A DNA stretch of 63,926 nucleotides, counting the filler, from an uncultured bacterium (GTDB lineage Bacteria > CAYJRR01): assembly GCA_964372275.1 (NCBI GenBank). It is 3 parts of 3 records of this genome, joined end to end, with 100 filler letters (N's around TTAATTAATTAA, not from the genome) between each part and the next. Parts side by side here need not be neighbours in the genome. Positions count along the whole stretch, not along the records: positions 26,526 to 52,920 come from CAYJRR010000064.1; 2 more parts are not named here. One strand, written 5' to 3'. Position 1 is the first letter of the stretch. Each line of letters starts with the position of its first letter. Position numbers and translations under genes: made by a program. The notes under the pieces were generated by a model. That model worked only from the letters and a program-made list of their open reading frames with translations, had not been told where the DNA came from and did no database searches. Shown here in pieces: positions 28,086 to 38,749 of this stretch.

Positions 28086-31000
28086 CTACCGCGCCGACTG
28101 GGACACGCGGGGGACGACCGACGCTACCTCGTCGGCGGCGTCGTCGAGGCCGGTGGCGCCGACGGAGAAGTAGCTCGCCTCCGGGTGGTGGAAGACGAGC
28201 GCCGAGACCGACGCCTCCGGGTCCATCATGAAGCCGTCGGTGAGAGTGACCCCGATCTCCCCCGGACCGAGCAGGCGGAAGAGGATCTCCTGGTCGTCGA
28301 GGCGCGGACAGGCCGGGTAGCCGAAGGAGTAGCGCTTTCCGCGGTAGCGGGCCTGGAACAACGAAATCATTCGGACGTCCGGCTCGTCCGGGAACCCCCA
28401 CCGGGCGCGGAGCTGGGCGTGGAGGTATTCGGCAAAACCCTCCGCCGACTCCAGGGCCAGCGCCTGGATCAGGTGGCTCTTCAGGTACTGCCCTTCGTTC
28501 TTCCACTGCTCGGCCAGCTCGCGCACCCCTTCCCCGGCGGTGACGACGAAGGCGGCGACGTGGTCGGGGGCCCCCGCGCCCGCCGGGTTGACGTAGTCGG
28601 CCAGGCACAGTCCCTCCGGGACGGGCTGGCGCGGAAATTCGAACGTCCCGCGGCGAGACCTCCGGTCGGGATCCAGCACGTGCAGGCGGTTCCCCTCGCT
28701 CACCGCCGGGAGCAGTTGCCAGACCGCCTTCGGCTGCAGCAGGCGCTTCGAACGCACCTCCTGCTTCAGGGCGTCGACCGCCTCCTTGAGCTCCAGCGCC
28801 TTGCGGCCCGCCTCGCTGCGCGCGAGCTCGGCCAGCTCCCCTTCCTCCAGGAGCCGGAGTACGTGGCCGCGCAGCCCGAGATGGCGCCCGAACAGCATCC
28901 GGGGATTGACGTAGCGCCAGACGATGTCGATCGGGATCGTCTTGTCGACCTTCCGTTCGAAGCTCTGGACGGCCGGTACGATCGGTAGCGGCTCGACCTG
29001 GCGGGACCGTACCGCCGGGAGCGGCGCGGCGATGGCCCGCGGACCGTCGTCGCCGGCGATCGTCCGCCGGCGCTCCGACGTCGTCCGCTCCAGGTCGGCG
29101 AACGCCCTCGGATCGACGATCCGCTTGGCGAGGTCGAGCCCGTCCATGGCGTCGTTGGCGTAGGCGACGAAGCCGCCGTACGCCGGCGCGATCCGCTTGT
29201 CGACAAAACTCCGCGACAGCGCCGCCCCGCCGACCAGCATCGGGATCGTGGCGCCGGCGACGGTGAGGTCGCCGGCGGTGAGGACCATCTGCTGCGCCGA
29301 CTTCACGAGCAGGCCCGACAGTCCCACCAGGTCGGGCTTGTGCTCGCGCACCGCGGCGATCAGCTGCTCCGGCGGCACCTTGATCCCGAGGTTCACCACC
29401 TTGAAGCCGTTGTTCCCCAGGATGATCTCCACCAGGTTCTTCCCGATGTCGTGGACGTCCCCCTTCACCGTCGCCAGGACGACGGTGCCGCGGGCCGCGG
29501 CGTCGGACCGTTCCATGAACGGCTCGAGGTGGGAGACGGCCGCCTTCATCGCCTCCGCCGACTGCAGCACCTCGGCGACGATCAGCTTGTTCTCGTTGAA
29601 CAGCCGGCCGACCTCGTCCATCCCTTTCATCAGCGGGCCGTTGATGATCTCCAGGGGCGGTGTCGGCGGAGACTCTTCGCAGCCGAGGCGCTTCCTCTCC
29701 AGGTCGGCGACGAGCCCCTCCTTCGTCCCCTCGACGATGTAGCGCGCCAGCCGCTCGTCGAGCGGGAGCGCGGAGGCCGCCGCGGAGCGACCCTTCGCCT
29801 CCCGGAAGTGGGCGGCGAACTCGGCGACGACGTCCCGCGTCCCGCCCTCGGTGCGGTCGAACAGGAGGTTCTCCGCCAGGCGCCGTTCCTCCTCGGGGAT
29901 CGAGGCGTATCGCGTAAGCCGCTCGCTGTTGACGATCGCCGAGTCGAGTCCGGCCTGCACGCAGTGGTAGAGGAAGACCGAGTTCAGCACCTCGCGACCG
30001 GCGGGGGGCAGGCCGAACGAGACGTTGGAGATCCCCAGCGTCGTCCGCGTCCGCGGGAACTCCTTCTTCACCAGGCGGATCCCCTCGATCGTCTCCACCG
30101 CCGAGCCGACGTACTGCCCATCGCCGGTCGCGCAAGGGAAGACGAGTACATCCCACCAGATGTCCTCGGGCTCGACCCCGTACTTCTTCGTCAGAAGCTC
30201 GTAGCTGCGCCGCGCGATCTCCAGCTTGCGCTGGCGGGTGACCCCCATCCCCTGCTTCGGGTCGTCGTCGATCGTGCCGACGACCAACGCCGCGCCGAAG
30301 CGCCGGGCCAGGGGCACGATCTTCTCGAACCGCTCCTCGCCGTCCTCGAGGTTGATCGAGTTGACGATCGCCTTCCCCTGACAGTAGGTGAGCGCCTTCG
30401 CGATCACCTTCTCGTCGGTGGAGTCGATCATCAGAGGCACCTTCACCATCCTGGTGACGAAGGTCAGGAACCGCTCCATGTCGGCGAGCTCGTCCCGATC
30501 GGGGTTGGCGAGGCAGACGTCGACGATCTGCGCCCCCCCCTTCACCTGGGAACGCGCGATCTCCGCCGCCTCCTCGTACTTCTCCTCCACGATCAGTTGC
30601 TTGAACTTCCGCGAGCCGATCACGTTCGTCCGCTCCCCGATCAACAGGGGCCGCAGCTCGTCGGTGACCTCCAGGTAGTCGATCCCGGAGAGGAAGCACC
30701 GGGCCGCCGGCGACGGCTCCCGCGGGCGGATGGCGTCGGCGATCTTGCGCAGCTCGGCGACGTGGCCGGCGTGCGTCCCGCAGCAGCCGCCGACCAGGTT
30801 GAGCCAACCGGCGGCGCCGAATCGCGCCACCACCGAGGCCAGCATCTCCGGCGTCTCGCGATAGACGCCGTTCTCGTCGGGCAGCCCGGCGTTGGGCACG
30901 CAGGCGACGCGCGTCCGAGCCAGCGCCGCGATCGACCGCAGGTGGTCGGTCATGAACTCCGGGCCGGTGGCGCAGTTCAAGCCGAGGTAGAGGAGGTCGC

Positions 31001-31670
31001 GGTGGGCGAGCGAGGCGGTGAGCGCCTCCGCCGACTGGCCGGCGAGCATCGTCCCCATCGGCTCGATCGTCCCGGAGACGGCGACCGGGACCTGGATCCC
31101 CAGCTCCTCCATCGCCCGGTCGCACCCGATCAACGCCGCCTTCACGTTTCGCGTGTCCTGGGCCGTCTCGATCAACAGGTAGTCGGACTCGCCTTCGATC
31201 AGCCCGAGCGCCTGGACGCGGAAGTTCTCCACCAGCTCGTCAAAGGTGACGCCGCCGGTGACGCTGATCGCCCGCGTCGTCGGACCGATCGAGCCGGCGA
31301 CGAAGCGCGGTCGGCTGTCGGAGGAGAAGGCGTTCGCCGCCTGCCGCGCGAGCCGGGCCGCGGTCCGGTTGATCTCGCGGGCCTTCTCTCCCAGTCCGTA
31401 TTCGCCGAGCACCAGGGGCGTGGCCCCGAAGGTGTCGGTCTCGACGATGTCGGCCCCCGCCGCCAGGTACTGCTTGTGGATGTCGAGGATCACGTCTGGC
31501 CGGGTGCGCACCAGGTGCTCGTTGCAGCCGTCGTACTCCGGGCCGCCGAACGCCTCCGGCGGGAGGTTTCGCGCCTGGATCGCCGTCCCCATCGCCCCGT
31601 CGATCACCAGCACCCGGCGGGCGAGGTGCTCCTGGAGCTGCGTTCGCCTCATCTCGCGGGTGTAGTTCAT
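28086..31670 (-). CDS. metH: Cobalamin-dependent methionine synthase
   Basis: DGAMGT, GLNCATGP, PNAGLP, GGCCGT, IGERTNVIGS, TVKGDVHDIGKNLV, RYSFGYPACP, PEASVS. Confidence 0.98.
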   Translation of the reverse strand: MNYTREMRRTQLQEHLARRVLVIDGAMGTAIQARNLPPEAFGGPEYDGCNEHLVRTRPDVILDIHKQYLAAGADIVETDTFGATPLVLGEYGLGEKAREINRTAARLARQAANAFSSDSRPRFVAGSIGPTTRAISVTGGVTFDELVENFRVQALGLIEGESDYLLIETAQDTRNVKAALIGCDRAMEELGIQVPVAVSGTIEPMGTMLAGQSAEALTASLAHRDLLYLGLNCATGPEFMTDHLRSIAALARTRVACVPNAGLPDENGVYRETPEMLASVVARFGAAGWLNLVGGCCGTHAGHVAELRKIADAIRPREPSPAARCFLSGIDYLEVTDELRPLLIGERTNVIGSRKFKQLIVEEKYEEAAEIARSQVKGGAQIVDVCLANPDRDELADMERFLTFVTRMVKVPLMIDSTDEKVIAKALTYCQGKAIVNSINLEDGEERFEKIVPLARRFGAALVVGTIDDDPKQGMGVTRQRKLEIARRSYELLTKKYGVEPEDIWWDVLVFPCATGDGQYVGSAVETIEGIRLVKKEFPRTRTTLGISNVSFGLPPAGREVLNSVFLYHCVQAGLDSAIVNSERLTRYASIPEEERRLAENLLFDRTEGGTRDVVAEFAAHFREAKGRSAAASALPLDERLARYIVEGTKEGLVADLERKRLGCEESPPTPPLEIINGPLMKGMDEVGRLFNENKLIVAEVLQSAEAMKAAVSHLEPFMERSDAAARGTVVLATVKGDVHDIGKNLVEIILGNNGFKVVNLGIKVPPEQLIAAVREHKPDLVGLSGLLVKSAQQMVLTAGDLTVAGATIPMLVGGAALSRSFVDKRIAPAYGGFVAYANDAMDGLDLAKRIVDPRAFADLERTTSERRRTIAGDDGPRAIAAPLPAVRSRQVEPLPIVPAVQSFERKVDKTIPIDIVWRYVNPRMLFGRHLGLRGHVLRLLEEGELAELARSEAGRKALELKEAVDALKQEVRSKRLLQPKAVWQLLPAVSEGNRLHVLDPDRRSRRGTFEFPRQPVPEGLCLADYVNPAGAGAPDHVAAFVVTAGEGVRELAEQWKNEGQYLKSHLIQALALESAEGFAEYLHAQLRARWGFPDEPDVRMISLFQARYRGKRYSFGYPACPRLDDQEILFRLLGPGEIGVTLTDGFMMDPEASVSALVFHHPEASYFSVGATGLDDAADEVASVVPRVSQSAR

Positions 31671-32641
31671 GGACGGGGCCCTCCCCTTCCGGGACCCCGC
31701 CGCCTGCGCGGCGCCAACGCACGCTGGGGACGCGCCGACTTCGTCGCGCCGAGGCGGAAGACCCGGAACGGATCGCCCGGGCGCGCGGCGCTTTCGTCGA
31801 GGTCGATCGACGAGAAGCCGACGTCCTCGGTCCAGCGGCGCACCGCCGCCGGCTCGAAGCCGAGCCAGCGGTGACCGAGTCGCTCGACGACCCAACCCTC
31901 CTTGTGCGGCAGGAGCTCCAGCACCACGAGCCTCCCGCCCGGGCGGAGGACCCGCCACGCCGTCCCGATCGCCCTCGGCGGGTCTTCGACGTGGTGCAGG
32001 CTCTGCGACAGCACGACCAGGTCGAATCGCTCCTTCGGCATCCGCAACGACAGGAGGTCATCTTGAACGAAGCGGATGCGCGACGAGACCTCCGTGCCCG
32101 CCGCCGCCGCCCGCGCCTTCGCCTTGGCCAGCGCCGCCGGAGAGGCATCGATCGCGGTGACCGTCCGCGCCCAGCGCGCCATCTCGACGGTGAGCACGCC
32201 GCTGCCGCAGCCGAAGTCGGCGGCGTCGACCGCCGGCAGGAGCGAGGCGACGGCGCGCCCCCACAGGAGCCACGACTGACCGGGCTCGAGCAGCCGTTCG
32301 TTCAGCGTCTGCCGGTCCTCGCGCGTCCGCAGCGCCTCCCGCAGGCGCGCCAGGTCGCCGAAGTCGTCCTCCTTCCACTCGACGGCCATCCGCACCAGGG
32401 CCCCGAGCGCCGAACCCTCCGAGCCCCGGATCAGCGAAAAGAGCTTGGCCGATCCCTGCCGCTCCTCCGCCACCAGGCCGAGCCGCTTCAGCCGGGCAAG
32501 ATGGTGGGAGACGTTCGACTGCCCGACGCCCAGGACCTGAACCAGCTCCGTGACGTTCAAGGGGCTCGCCGCCAGGCAACGCAGGACGCGCAACCGCGTC
32601 GTGTCGCTCAAGGCGCGGAACGAGTCCGACAGGGCGTTCAT
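31667..32641 (-). CDS. ArsR-HTH + SAM-dependent methyltransferase-fold regulator (SahR-like)
   Basis: FRALSDTTRLRVL...QSNVSHHLARLKRLGLV (ArsR); DFGCGSG, SLHHVEDP, LRPGGRLVV, GHRWLGF; ATGA overlap with metH. Confidence 0.9.
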   Translation of the reverse strand: MNALSDSFRALSDTTRLRVLRCLAASPLNVTELVQVLGVGQSNVSHHLARLKRLGLVAEERQGSAKLFSLIRGSEGSALGALVRMAVEWKEDDFGDLARLREALRTREDRQTLNERLLEPGQSWLLWGRAVASLLPAVDAADFGCGSGVLTVEMARWARTVTAIDASPAALAKAKARAAAAGTEVSSRIRFVQDDLLSLRMPKERFDLVVLSQSLHHVEDPPRAIGTAWRVLRPGGRLVVLELLPHKEGWVVERLGHRWLGFEPAAVRRWTEDVGFSSIDLDESAARPGDPFRVFRLGATKSARPQRALAPRRRRGPGRGGPRP

Positions 32642-32665
32642 ATCGATCTATGATCATTCATCGAT
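32642..32665. promoter_or_regulatory. 24-bp imperfect palindrome, candidate autoregulatory operator
   Basis: ATCGAT-ct-ATGATCAT-tc-ATCGAT, directly abutting the regulator start codon. Confidence 0.65.
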
Positions 32666-32695
32666 GCCAAGGAAGCAAGCTATCCTGGGCGGCGC

Positions 32696-33973
32696 ATGGC
32701 CGATCCAGACCTCATCCGGCTGCTCGACGACGAGGGGCGGCGCAATCTCCGGCGGCTGGGGTGGTTCCGGCTGGTCGGCGTGCTGGTCTGGCTGGTCCTC
32801 GACGTCGCCTTCGGCCAGAATCGCTACCTCGCTTCCCAGATCCCGCTCCTTTCGGGCTATCTGGCGTTGGCCGTCGCGCTCGCGGCCGCGCACCATGACC
32901 CTCGATTCCTCCCATGGGCCCGCTGGGAAGGACCGGCCCTCGACCTGGTGATCGTCTACCTGTTGCAGCGCACGGCCCTCGCCCACGGTCACCCGTATCC
33001 GCAGGTCGCCGCCTTCTTCTACATGGCGTTGGTCCTGCTGTTCATCGTGCCGGCGGCCACGCGCACGCAGCCGATCGTCCTGTTCCTCTCCGCCGCCGTC
33101 GGTTCGACGTTCTCCTGCCACCTGATCCTGCTGTCCGGCGTCGAGCACACGGTCTACCTGTTCATTCCGCCGGTGGTGATCGGATACGCCGCCTTCATGG
33201 GGGCCGACGTCTCGAGCCGGGTGGAGTCGATTGCCGAGAACTACGCCCGGGTGAGCCGGGTCCGGGACCGGCTCGGTCGCTACTTCTCCCCCTCGGTCGC
33301 CTCCCGCATCGCCGACCAGGCGACGGGCGAGCACCGTGTGGTCGAGGCGAAGGAGGTCACCGTCCTGTTCGCCGACGTGCGCGGCTTCACGGCGGCCGCC
33401 GAGCGGATCGACGCCTCGGCGGTGGTGGCGATGCTCAACGAGTATTTCGAAGAGATGGTCGCCGTGGTCTTCCGCCACGGGGGGACGCTCGACAAGTTCC
33501 TGGGCGACGGGCTGATGGCCTACTTCGGCGCGCCGATCCCCCGCCACGACCACGCCGTCGTCGGAGTTTCCTGCGCCCTGGAGATGCTCGACCGTCTCGC
33601 CGAACTCAACGCGCGGCGTTCCGCCCGGGGCGATCCGGAGCTCGCGGTCGGGATCGGCGTCCACAGCGGCCTGGTGGTGGTCGGGGACATCGGTCCCGAG
33701 CAGCGCCGCGAATACACGGCGATCGGCGACACGGTGAATCTCGCCTCCCGGATCGAAGGGCTGACCAAGACCCACGGCGTTCCGCTGCTGGTCTCGCAGG
33801 CGACGAGGGATCGCGCGGCCGACGCGTTCGCGTTCGAGCCCCTCGGCGCCGTTCCGGTGAAAGGAAAGGCCGAGCCGGTGGCGACCTTTGCGCCCGGACG
33901 GAGGACGGGCGGCGGCGCGGCGGCGCGAACCCGAGGCGACTCCGCCGGCCCTGGGCTATCGTCGTCGACATGA
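32696..33973 (+). CDS. Membrane-bound class III adenylate cyclase
   Basis: About six TM helices; [35 protein letters not shown] (Lys/Thr specificity residues favour ATP). Confidence 0.92.
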   Translation: MADPDLIRLLDDEGRRNLRRLGWFRLVGVLVWLVLDVAFGQNRYLASQIPLLSGYLALAVALAAAHHDPRFLPWARWEGPALDLVIVYLLQRTALAHGHPYPQVAAFFYMALVLLFIVPAATRTQPIVLFLSAAVGSTFSCHLILLSGVEHTVYLFIPPVVIGYAAFMGADVSSRVESIAENYARVSRVRDRLGRYFSPSVASRIADQATGEHRVVEAKEVTVLFADVRGFTAAAERIDASAVVAMLNEYFEEMVAVVFRHGGTLDKFLGDGLMAYFGAPIPRHDHAVVGVSCALEMLDRLAELNARRSARGDPELAVGIGVHSGLVVVGDIGPEQRREYTAIGDTVNLASRIEGLTKTHGVPLLVSQATRDRAADAFAFEPLGAVPVKGKAEPVATFAPGRRTGGGAAARTRGDSAGPGLSSST

Positions 33974-34191
33974 AGACCGACCTCACCACCCGCGTCCTCC
34001 TCCTCCTGGTCTCCCTCGGCCTGTTTGCCGACGCCGCCTCGCGCTGGTTCCCGGTGCGCACCGCCCGCGCCGCCGACACCCTGCGGTGCGAGATCGTCGA
34101 GCCGGTGGAGATCAAGGGGGAGATCAAACTCGACACCTTCCACAAGCCGGTGCGCATCGAACTGGATCGGGCCATTCGGATCGAGAAGTAG
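33970..34191 (+). CDS. Small exported/membrane hypothetical protein (73 aa)
   Basis: ATGA overlap with the cyclase; [20 protein letters not shown]...[14 protein letters not shown]. Confidence 0.7.
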   Translation: MKTDLTTRVLLLLVSLGLFADAASRWFPVRTARAADTLRCEIVEPVEIKGEIKLDTFHKPVRIELDRAIRIEK

Positions 34192-34260
34192 CCGGAACCG
34201 ATCGGAATCGGCACCCGCATCCGATCCGATCCCGATTCCGCTACCGACTCCGTTCGGATC
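34192..34260. repeat. Intergenic low-complexity CCGATY hexamer-like inverted repeat
   Basis: CGGAATCGG ... CCGATCCGATCCCGATTCCG can pair as a stem. Confidence 0.5.
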
Positions 34261-34298
34261 GTTGCGGCGTCCGGGCGGTTTACGATCCAATACGCCGC

Positions 34299-35978
34299 AT
34301 GGACGCCGTGCTCCCTCCGACCTCCCGCCGCGGACTGCACACCCTCCGCGGCCGCCAAGTCGACGGTCGGGCGCTCGCGGAGATCCGCGCACTCCTGGGG
34401 GAGGAACCGCGCCGTCGGGATCTCTTGATCGAGCATCTCCACCGCATCCAGGACCGCTTCGGCCACCTCTCGACCGCCCACCTCGCCGCGCTGGCCCACG
34501 AGATGCGCCTGGCGCTGGCGGAGGTCTACGAGGTCGCCACCTTCTACGCCCGTTTTGACGTCGTCGACGCCGGGGCGACGCCCCCACCGCCGATCACGGT
34601 GCGCGTCTGCGAATCGCTTTCCTGCGAGCTTTCCGGCGCGACCGCGATCGCGGAACGGCTTGATCTCGGACCGTCGGCGCGCGTGATCCGGGGACCCTGT
34701 CTCGGCCGATGCGAGGCGGCCCCGGCGGTCGAAGTGAACGAACACCGGGTCGACCGCGCCACACCGGAGTCGGTCGCCGACGCGGTGCGCGCGCGCCGGA
34801 TCGGACCGCGGCTCCCGCCCTACCGGCCGTTCGACGACTACGTGCGCGACGGCGGGTACGAGCGGCTTCGGGCCTGCCTCCTCGCCCCCGACCGGAACGC
34901 CGAAGCGGAGCGGATCCTGGAGACGATCGACCGATCGGGACTACGCGGTCTGGGCGGCGCCGGGTTCCCGGCCGGACGGAAATGGCGCGTCGTCGCCGCC
35001 GAGCCGGGGCCGCGCCTGATGGTGCTGAACGCCGACGAAGGGGAGCCCGGAACGTTTAAGGACCGCCACTGCCTGGAGACCGACCCGCACCGCGTGCTGG
35101 AGGGGATGCTGATCGCGGCGTGGGTCGTCGAAGCGGGCGATGCCTACGTCTATCTGCGCGACGAATACCCCGAGATTCGCCGGCTCCTGGAGGCGGAGCT
35201 TCCGAAACTCGCCGCGGCGGGGCTGACCCGAGCGACGAGGATCCACCTCCGCCGAGGCGCCGGCGCCTACATCTGCGGCGAGGAGTCGGCGATGCTGGAG
35301 AGCCTCGAAGGGAAGCGGGGCCTGCCGCGCCACAAACCCCCCTTCCCCGCCCAGGTGGGCCTGTTCGGCCGGCCGACGCTGATCCAGAACGTGGAGACGA
35401 TGTACTGGGTCCGCGACATCCTCGCCGACGACGCGGCGCATTGGCGCTCGCAAGGGCGGCACGGGCGGTCGGGTCTCCGACACTATTCGTTGTCGGGACG
35501 GGTGAAGCGCCCCGGCGTCTACGCCGCCCCGGCGGGGATCACGGCGAACGAGCTGATCGCCGAGTACGGCGGCGGGATGCTCGACGGCCATCGCTTCAAG
35601 GCCTACCTGCCGGGGGGCGCCTCGGGCGGGATCCTCCCTGCCTCGCTCGGCGACGTGCCGCTCGACTTCGACACCCTCCAGCCGCACGGCTGCTTCATCG
35701 GCTCGGCGGCGGTGATCGTGCTGTCCGACCGTGACGCCGCCTCCGACGCCGCGCGCAACCTGCTGCGCTTCTTCGAGGACGAGAGCTGCGGCCAATGCAC
35801 GCCGTGCCGCAACGGGACGGAGAAGGCGGTCGGCCTGATGGCGGAGGGCCGCTGGAACGCCCCGCTCCTGCGCGAGCTGGCGGCCTGCATGGCCGACGCC
35901 TCGATCTGCGGGCTCGGACAGGCCGCGCCGAACCCCGTGCTCTCGGTGCTGAAGCACTTCCCGGAGGAGGTCGCGTGA
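34299..35978 (+). CDS. NAD-dependent formate dehydrogenase beta subunit (NuoE/NuoF-like fusion)
   Basis: LLIEHLHRIQD, EVATFY, VCESLSC...CLGRC ([2Fe-2S]); GLRGLGGAGFP, NADEGEPGTFKDR, GAYICGEESA, ESCGQCTPCR...ICGLG. Confidence 0.93.
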   Translation: MDAVLPPTSRRGLHTLRGRQVDGRALAEIRALLGEEPRRRDLLIEHLHRIQDRFGHLSTAHLAALAHEMRLALAEVYEVATFYARFDVVDAGATPPPPITVRVCESLSCELSGATAIAERLDLGPSARVIRGPCLGRCEAAPAVEVNEHRVDRATPESVADAVRARRIGPRLPPYRPFDDYVRDGGYERLRACLLAPDRNAEAERILETIDRSGLRGLGGAGFPAGRKWRVVAAEPGPRLMVLNADEGEPGTFKDRHCLETDPHRVLEGMLIAAWVVEAGDAYVYLRDEYPEIRRLLEAELPKLAAAGLTRATRIHLRRGAGAYICGEESAMLESLEGKRGLPRHKPPFPAQVGLFGRPTLIQNVETMYWVRDILADDAAHWRSQGRHGRSGLRHYSLSGRVKRPGVYAAPAGITANELIAEYGGGMLDGHRFKAYLPGGASGGILPASLGDVPLDFDTLQPHGCFIGSAAVIVLSDRDAASDAARNLLRFFEDESCGQCTPCRNGTEKAVGLMAEGRWNAPLLRELAACMADASICGLGQAAPNPVLSVLKHFPEEVA

Positions 35979-38749
35979 GAGGCGACGCGGCGAGCGCCCC
36001 TCGCGTCCGCTTCCTCCTCGACGGCCGGGAGGTCGAGGCCGATCGATCGGAGAGCCTCCTGGAGATCGCACGCCGGGAGGGCTGCGAGATCCCCAGCCTC
36101 TGTTTCCTGCCGGCCGCCGGCTACAGGGCGGCCGGCAACTGCCGCTCCTGCATGGTGGAGATCAAGGGCGAGCGGGTGCTCGCCGCCTCCTGCATCCGCC
36201 GGCCGACGCCGGGGATGTCGGTGACGACCAAAGGGCCGCGCGTCGAGAGCGCGCGGCGCACCGTCCTGGAGCTGCTCTGCGCCGATCGCCCCGCGGAGCC
36301 CCGCACGCGCGATTCCGAGCTCGACCGGTGGGCCGCCGCCACGGGCAGCCTGCCTTCGCGGTTCGCGGCGCGAACCCACCCTCCGGCGCCCGACCTCTCG
36401 CACCCGGCGATGGCGGTGAGCCTCGACAGTTGCATCCTCTGCACCCGCTGCGTGCGCGCCTGCCGCGATGTGCAGGGGAACGACGTGATCGGGCTCGCCG
36501 GCCGCGGCCACCGGTCGAAGATCGTCTTCGACTTCGACGATCCGATGGGTGAGTCGACCTGCGTCGCGTGCGGCAAAGGCGTGCAGGCCTGCCCGACGGG
36601 GGCGCTGGCGCTCGCCGGAGGTCGAAGCCTCGTCGAGCCCGACCGCACCGTCGACTCCCTCTGCCCGTTCTGCGGAGTCGGCTGTCAGACCACCTACCAG
36701 ATGCGCGGAAACGAGATCCTCTCGGTGCGCGGGCGCGCCGGACCGGCCAACCAGGGTCGTCTGTGCGTCAAGGGTCGGTTCGGATTCGACTACGTCCATC
36801 ACCCCGAGCGGCTGACGGTCCCGCTGGTCCGCAAGGACGGCGTCCCCAAGTCGGCCGACGACGTCGTCGACCCGGCGAATCCCTGGACCCACTTCCGGAC
36901 GGCGACGTGGGAGGAGGCCCTCGACCGTGCCGCGGACGGTCTGAAGCGGATCCGCGACGCGTCCGGGGGTGGCGCGCTCGCCGGCTTCGGTTCGGCCAAG
37001 GGGTCGAACGAGGAGGCCTACCTCTTCCAGAAGCTGGTGCGCGTCGGCTTGGGCACCAACAACGTCGACCACTGCACCCGCCTGTGCCACGCGAGCTCGG
37101 TCGCCGCGCTCTTCGAGGGGCTCAGCAGCGCCGCCGTCTCGAACCCGTTCACCGACGCCGCGCTCGCCGAGGTGATCGTCGTCATCGGCGCGAACCCGAC
37201 GGTCAATCACCCGGTCGCCGCGACATTCTTCAAGAACGCCGTCGACGCCGGAGCGACGCTGATCGTCGCCGACCCGCGGGGGAGCGCGCTCACGCGCTAT
37301 GCCACGCACATGCTGGCCTTCACCCCGGGGAGCGACGTCGCGCTCCTCAACGCGATGATGAACGTGATCTTGGTCGAGGGGCTTGTCGACCGCGCGTTCG
37401 TCGAGTCGCGCACCACCGGCTTCGAGGCGTTCGCCGAGCACCTGGCCGCCTTCACTCCCGAGGCGATGGCGCCGGTCTGCGGCATCGATCCGGAGACGAT
37501 CCGCGCCGTCGCCCGGCGCTATGCCCGCGCCCGGACGGCGATGATCTTCTGGGGGATGGGGATCTCGCAGCACGTCCACGGCACCGACAACGCGCGCTGC
37601 CTGATCGCGCTTTCGCTGATGACCGGCCAGATCGGGCGCAAGGGGACCGGCCTCCACCCGCTGCGGGGACAGAACAACGTGCAGGGGGCCAGCGACGCCG
37701 GCCTGATCCCGATGTTTTATCCGGGCTACCAAAAGGTCGAGGACCCGGCCGTCCGCGCCCGCTTCGAACGGCTGTGGGGGGTGCCGCTCGGGCCCGCGGC
37801 CGGCCTCGACCCGAAGCGGGGGCTGACCGTGGTCGAGATCGTCGACGCCATCCACGCAGGCTTGGTGCGAGGGATGTACATCCTCGGCGAAAACCCGGCG
37901 ATGTCCGATCCGAACCTCCACCATGCCAGGGAGGCGCTGGCCCGGCTCGAGCACCTGGTGGTCCAGGACCTGTTCCTCACCGAGACCGCCTTCCACGCCG
38001 ACGTCGTCCTTCCGGCCTCCGCCTTCCCGGAGAAGGACGGCACCTTCACCAACACCAATCGCCAGGTGCAGCTCGGCCGGCAGGCGCTGGAGCCCCCCGG
38101 AGAGGCCCGACCCGACTGGTGGATCGTGCGCGAGATCGGGAGGCGCCTCGGGCTCGACCTCCCGTTCGACCATCCCCGGGAGATCTACGAGGAGATGCGC
38201 GCCGCCATGGGGCCCGGCTTCCTCGAAGGGGCCCCCTGGGAACGACTCGAGCGCGAGCACGGCGTGACCTACCCGATCGCGTCGGAGGACCGCCCCGGCG
38301 AAGAGGTCCTCTTCGAGACGCGCTTCCCGACCGCCGACGGAAAGGCCCGCTTCGTGCCGGCCGCGATCGTCCCTCCGGACGAGCGGCCGGACGACCGCTA
38401 CCCGATGATCCTCACCACCGGCCGGCTCCTCGAGCACTGGCACACCGGGGCGATGACCCGGCGGGCCTCGGTTCTCGACCGACTGGAGCCGGAGGCCGTG
38501 GCGCACCTCTCCCCCTACGACATGGAGCGTCTGGCGATCGCCGCCGGCGACGCCGTTCGGGTTTCGACGCGGCGCGGTTCGATCGAGCTGGCGGCGCGAC
38601 TCGACTCCGGGACGCCGCACGGGGTCGTCTTCCTCCCCTTCTGCTTCTCGGAAGCGGCCGCGAACCTCCTCACCAATCCGGCGCTCGATCCATTCGGCAA
38701 GATCCCCGAATTCAAGTACTGTGCGGCCCGCGTGGAGCGTGCGTCATGA
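35975..38749 (+). CDS. fdhF: Formate dehydrogenase alpha subunit (Mo/W-bisPGD, Cys-type)
   Basis: GGAGGAGG plus GTGA overlap; GNCRSC, CILCTRCVRAC, CPFCGVGC...LCVKGRFG, HCTRLCHASS, LRGQNNVQG, LTTGRLLEHWHTG. Confidence 0.95.
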   Translation: MRGDAASAPRVRFLLDGREVEADRSESLLEIARREGCEIPSLCFLPAAGYRAAGNCRSCMVEIKGERVLAASCIRRPTPGMSVTTKGPRVESARRTVLELLCADRPAEPRTRDSELDRWAAATGSLPSRFAARTHPPAPDLSHPAMAVSLDSCILCTRCVRACRDVQGNDVIGLAGRGHRSKIVFDFDDPMGESTCVACGKGVQACPTGALALAGGRSLVEPDRTVDSLCPFCGVGCQTTYQMRGNEILSVRGRAGPANQGRLCVKGRFGFDYVHHPERLTVPLVRKDGVPKSADDVVDPANPWTHFRTATWEEALDRAADGLKRIRDASGGGALAGFGSAKGSNEEAYLFQKLVRVGLGTNNVDHCTRLCHASSVAALFEGLSSAAVSNPFTDAALAEVIVVIGANPTVNHPVAATFFKNAVDAGATLIVADPRGSALTRYATHMLAFTPGSDVALLNAMMNVILVEGLVDRAFVESRTTGFEAFAEHLAAFTPEAMAPVCGIDPETIRAVARRYARARTAMIFWGMGISQHVHGTDNARCLIALSLMTGQIGRKGTGLHPLRGQNNVQGASDAGLIPMFYPGYQKVEDPAVRARFERLWGVPLGPAAGLDPKRGLTVVEIVDAIHAGLVRGMYILGENPAMSDPNLHHAREALARLEHLVVQDLFLTETAFHADVVLPASAFPEKDGTFTNTNRQVQLGRQALEPPGEARPDWWIVREIGRRLGLDLPFDHPREIYEEMRAAMGPGFLEGAPWERLEREHGVTYPIASEDRPGEEVLFETRFPTADGKARFVPAAIVPPDERPDDRYPMILTTGRLLEHWHTGAMTRRASVLDRLEPEAVAHLSPYDMERLAIAAGDAVRVSTRRGSIELAARLDSGTPHGVVFLPFCFSEAAANLLTNPALDPFGKIPEFKYCAARVERAS

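Noticed and set aside
32642..32695. SAM or cobalamin riboswitch upstream of the metH operon
   Set aside because: The intergenic region is only 54 bp and lacks recognisable aptamer motifs.
36990..37110. Selenocysteine formate dehydrogenase
   Set aside because: The active-site residue is encoded by TGC (RLCH); there is no in-frame TGA.
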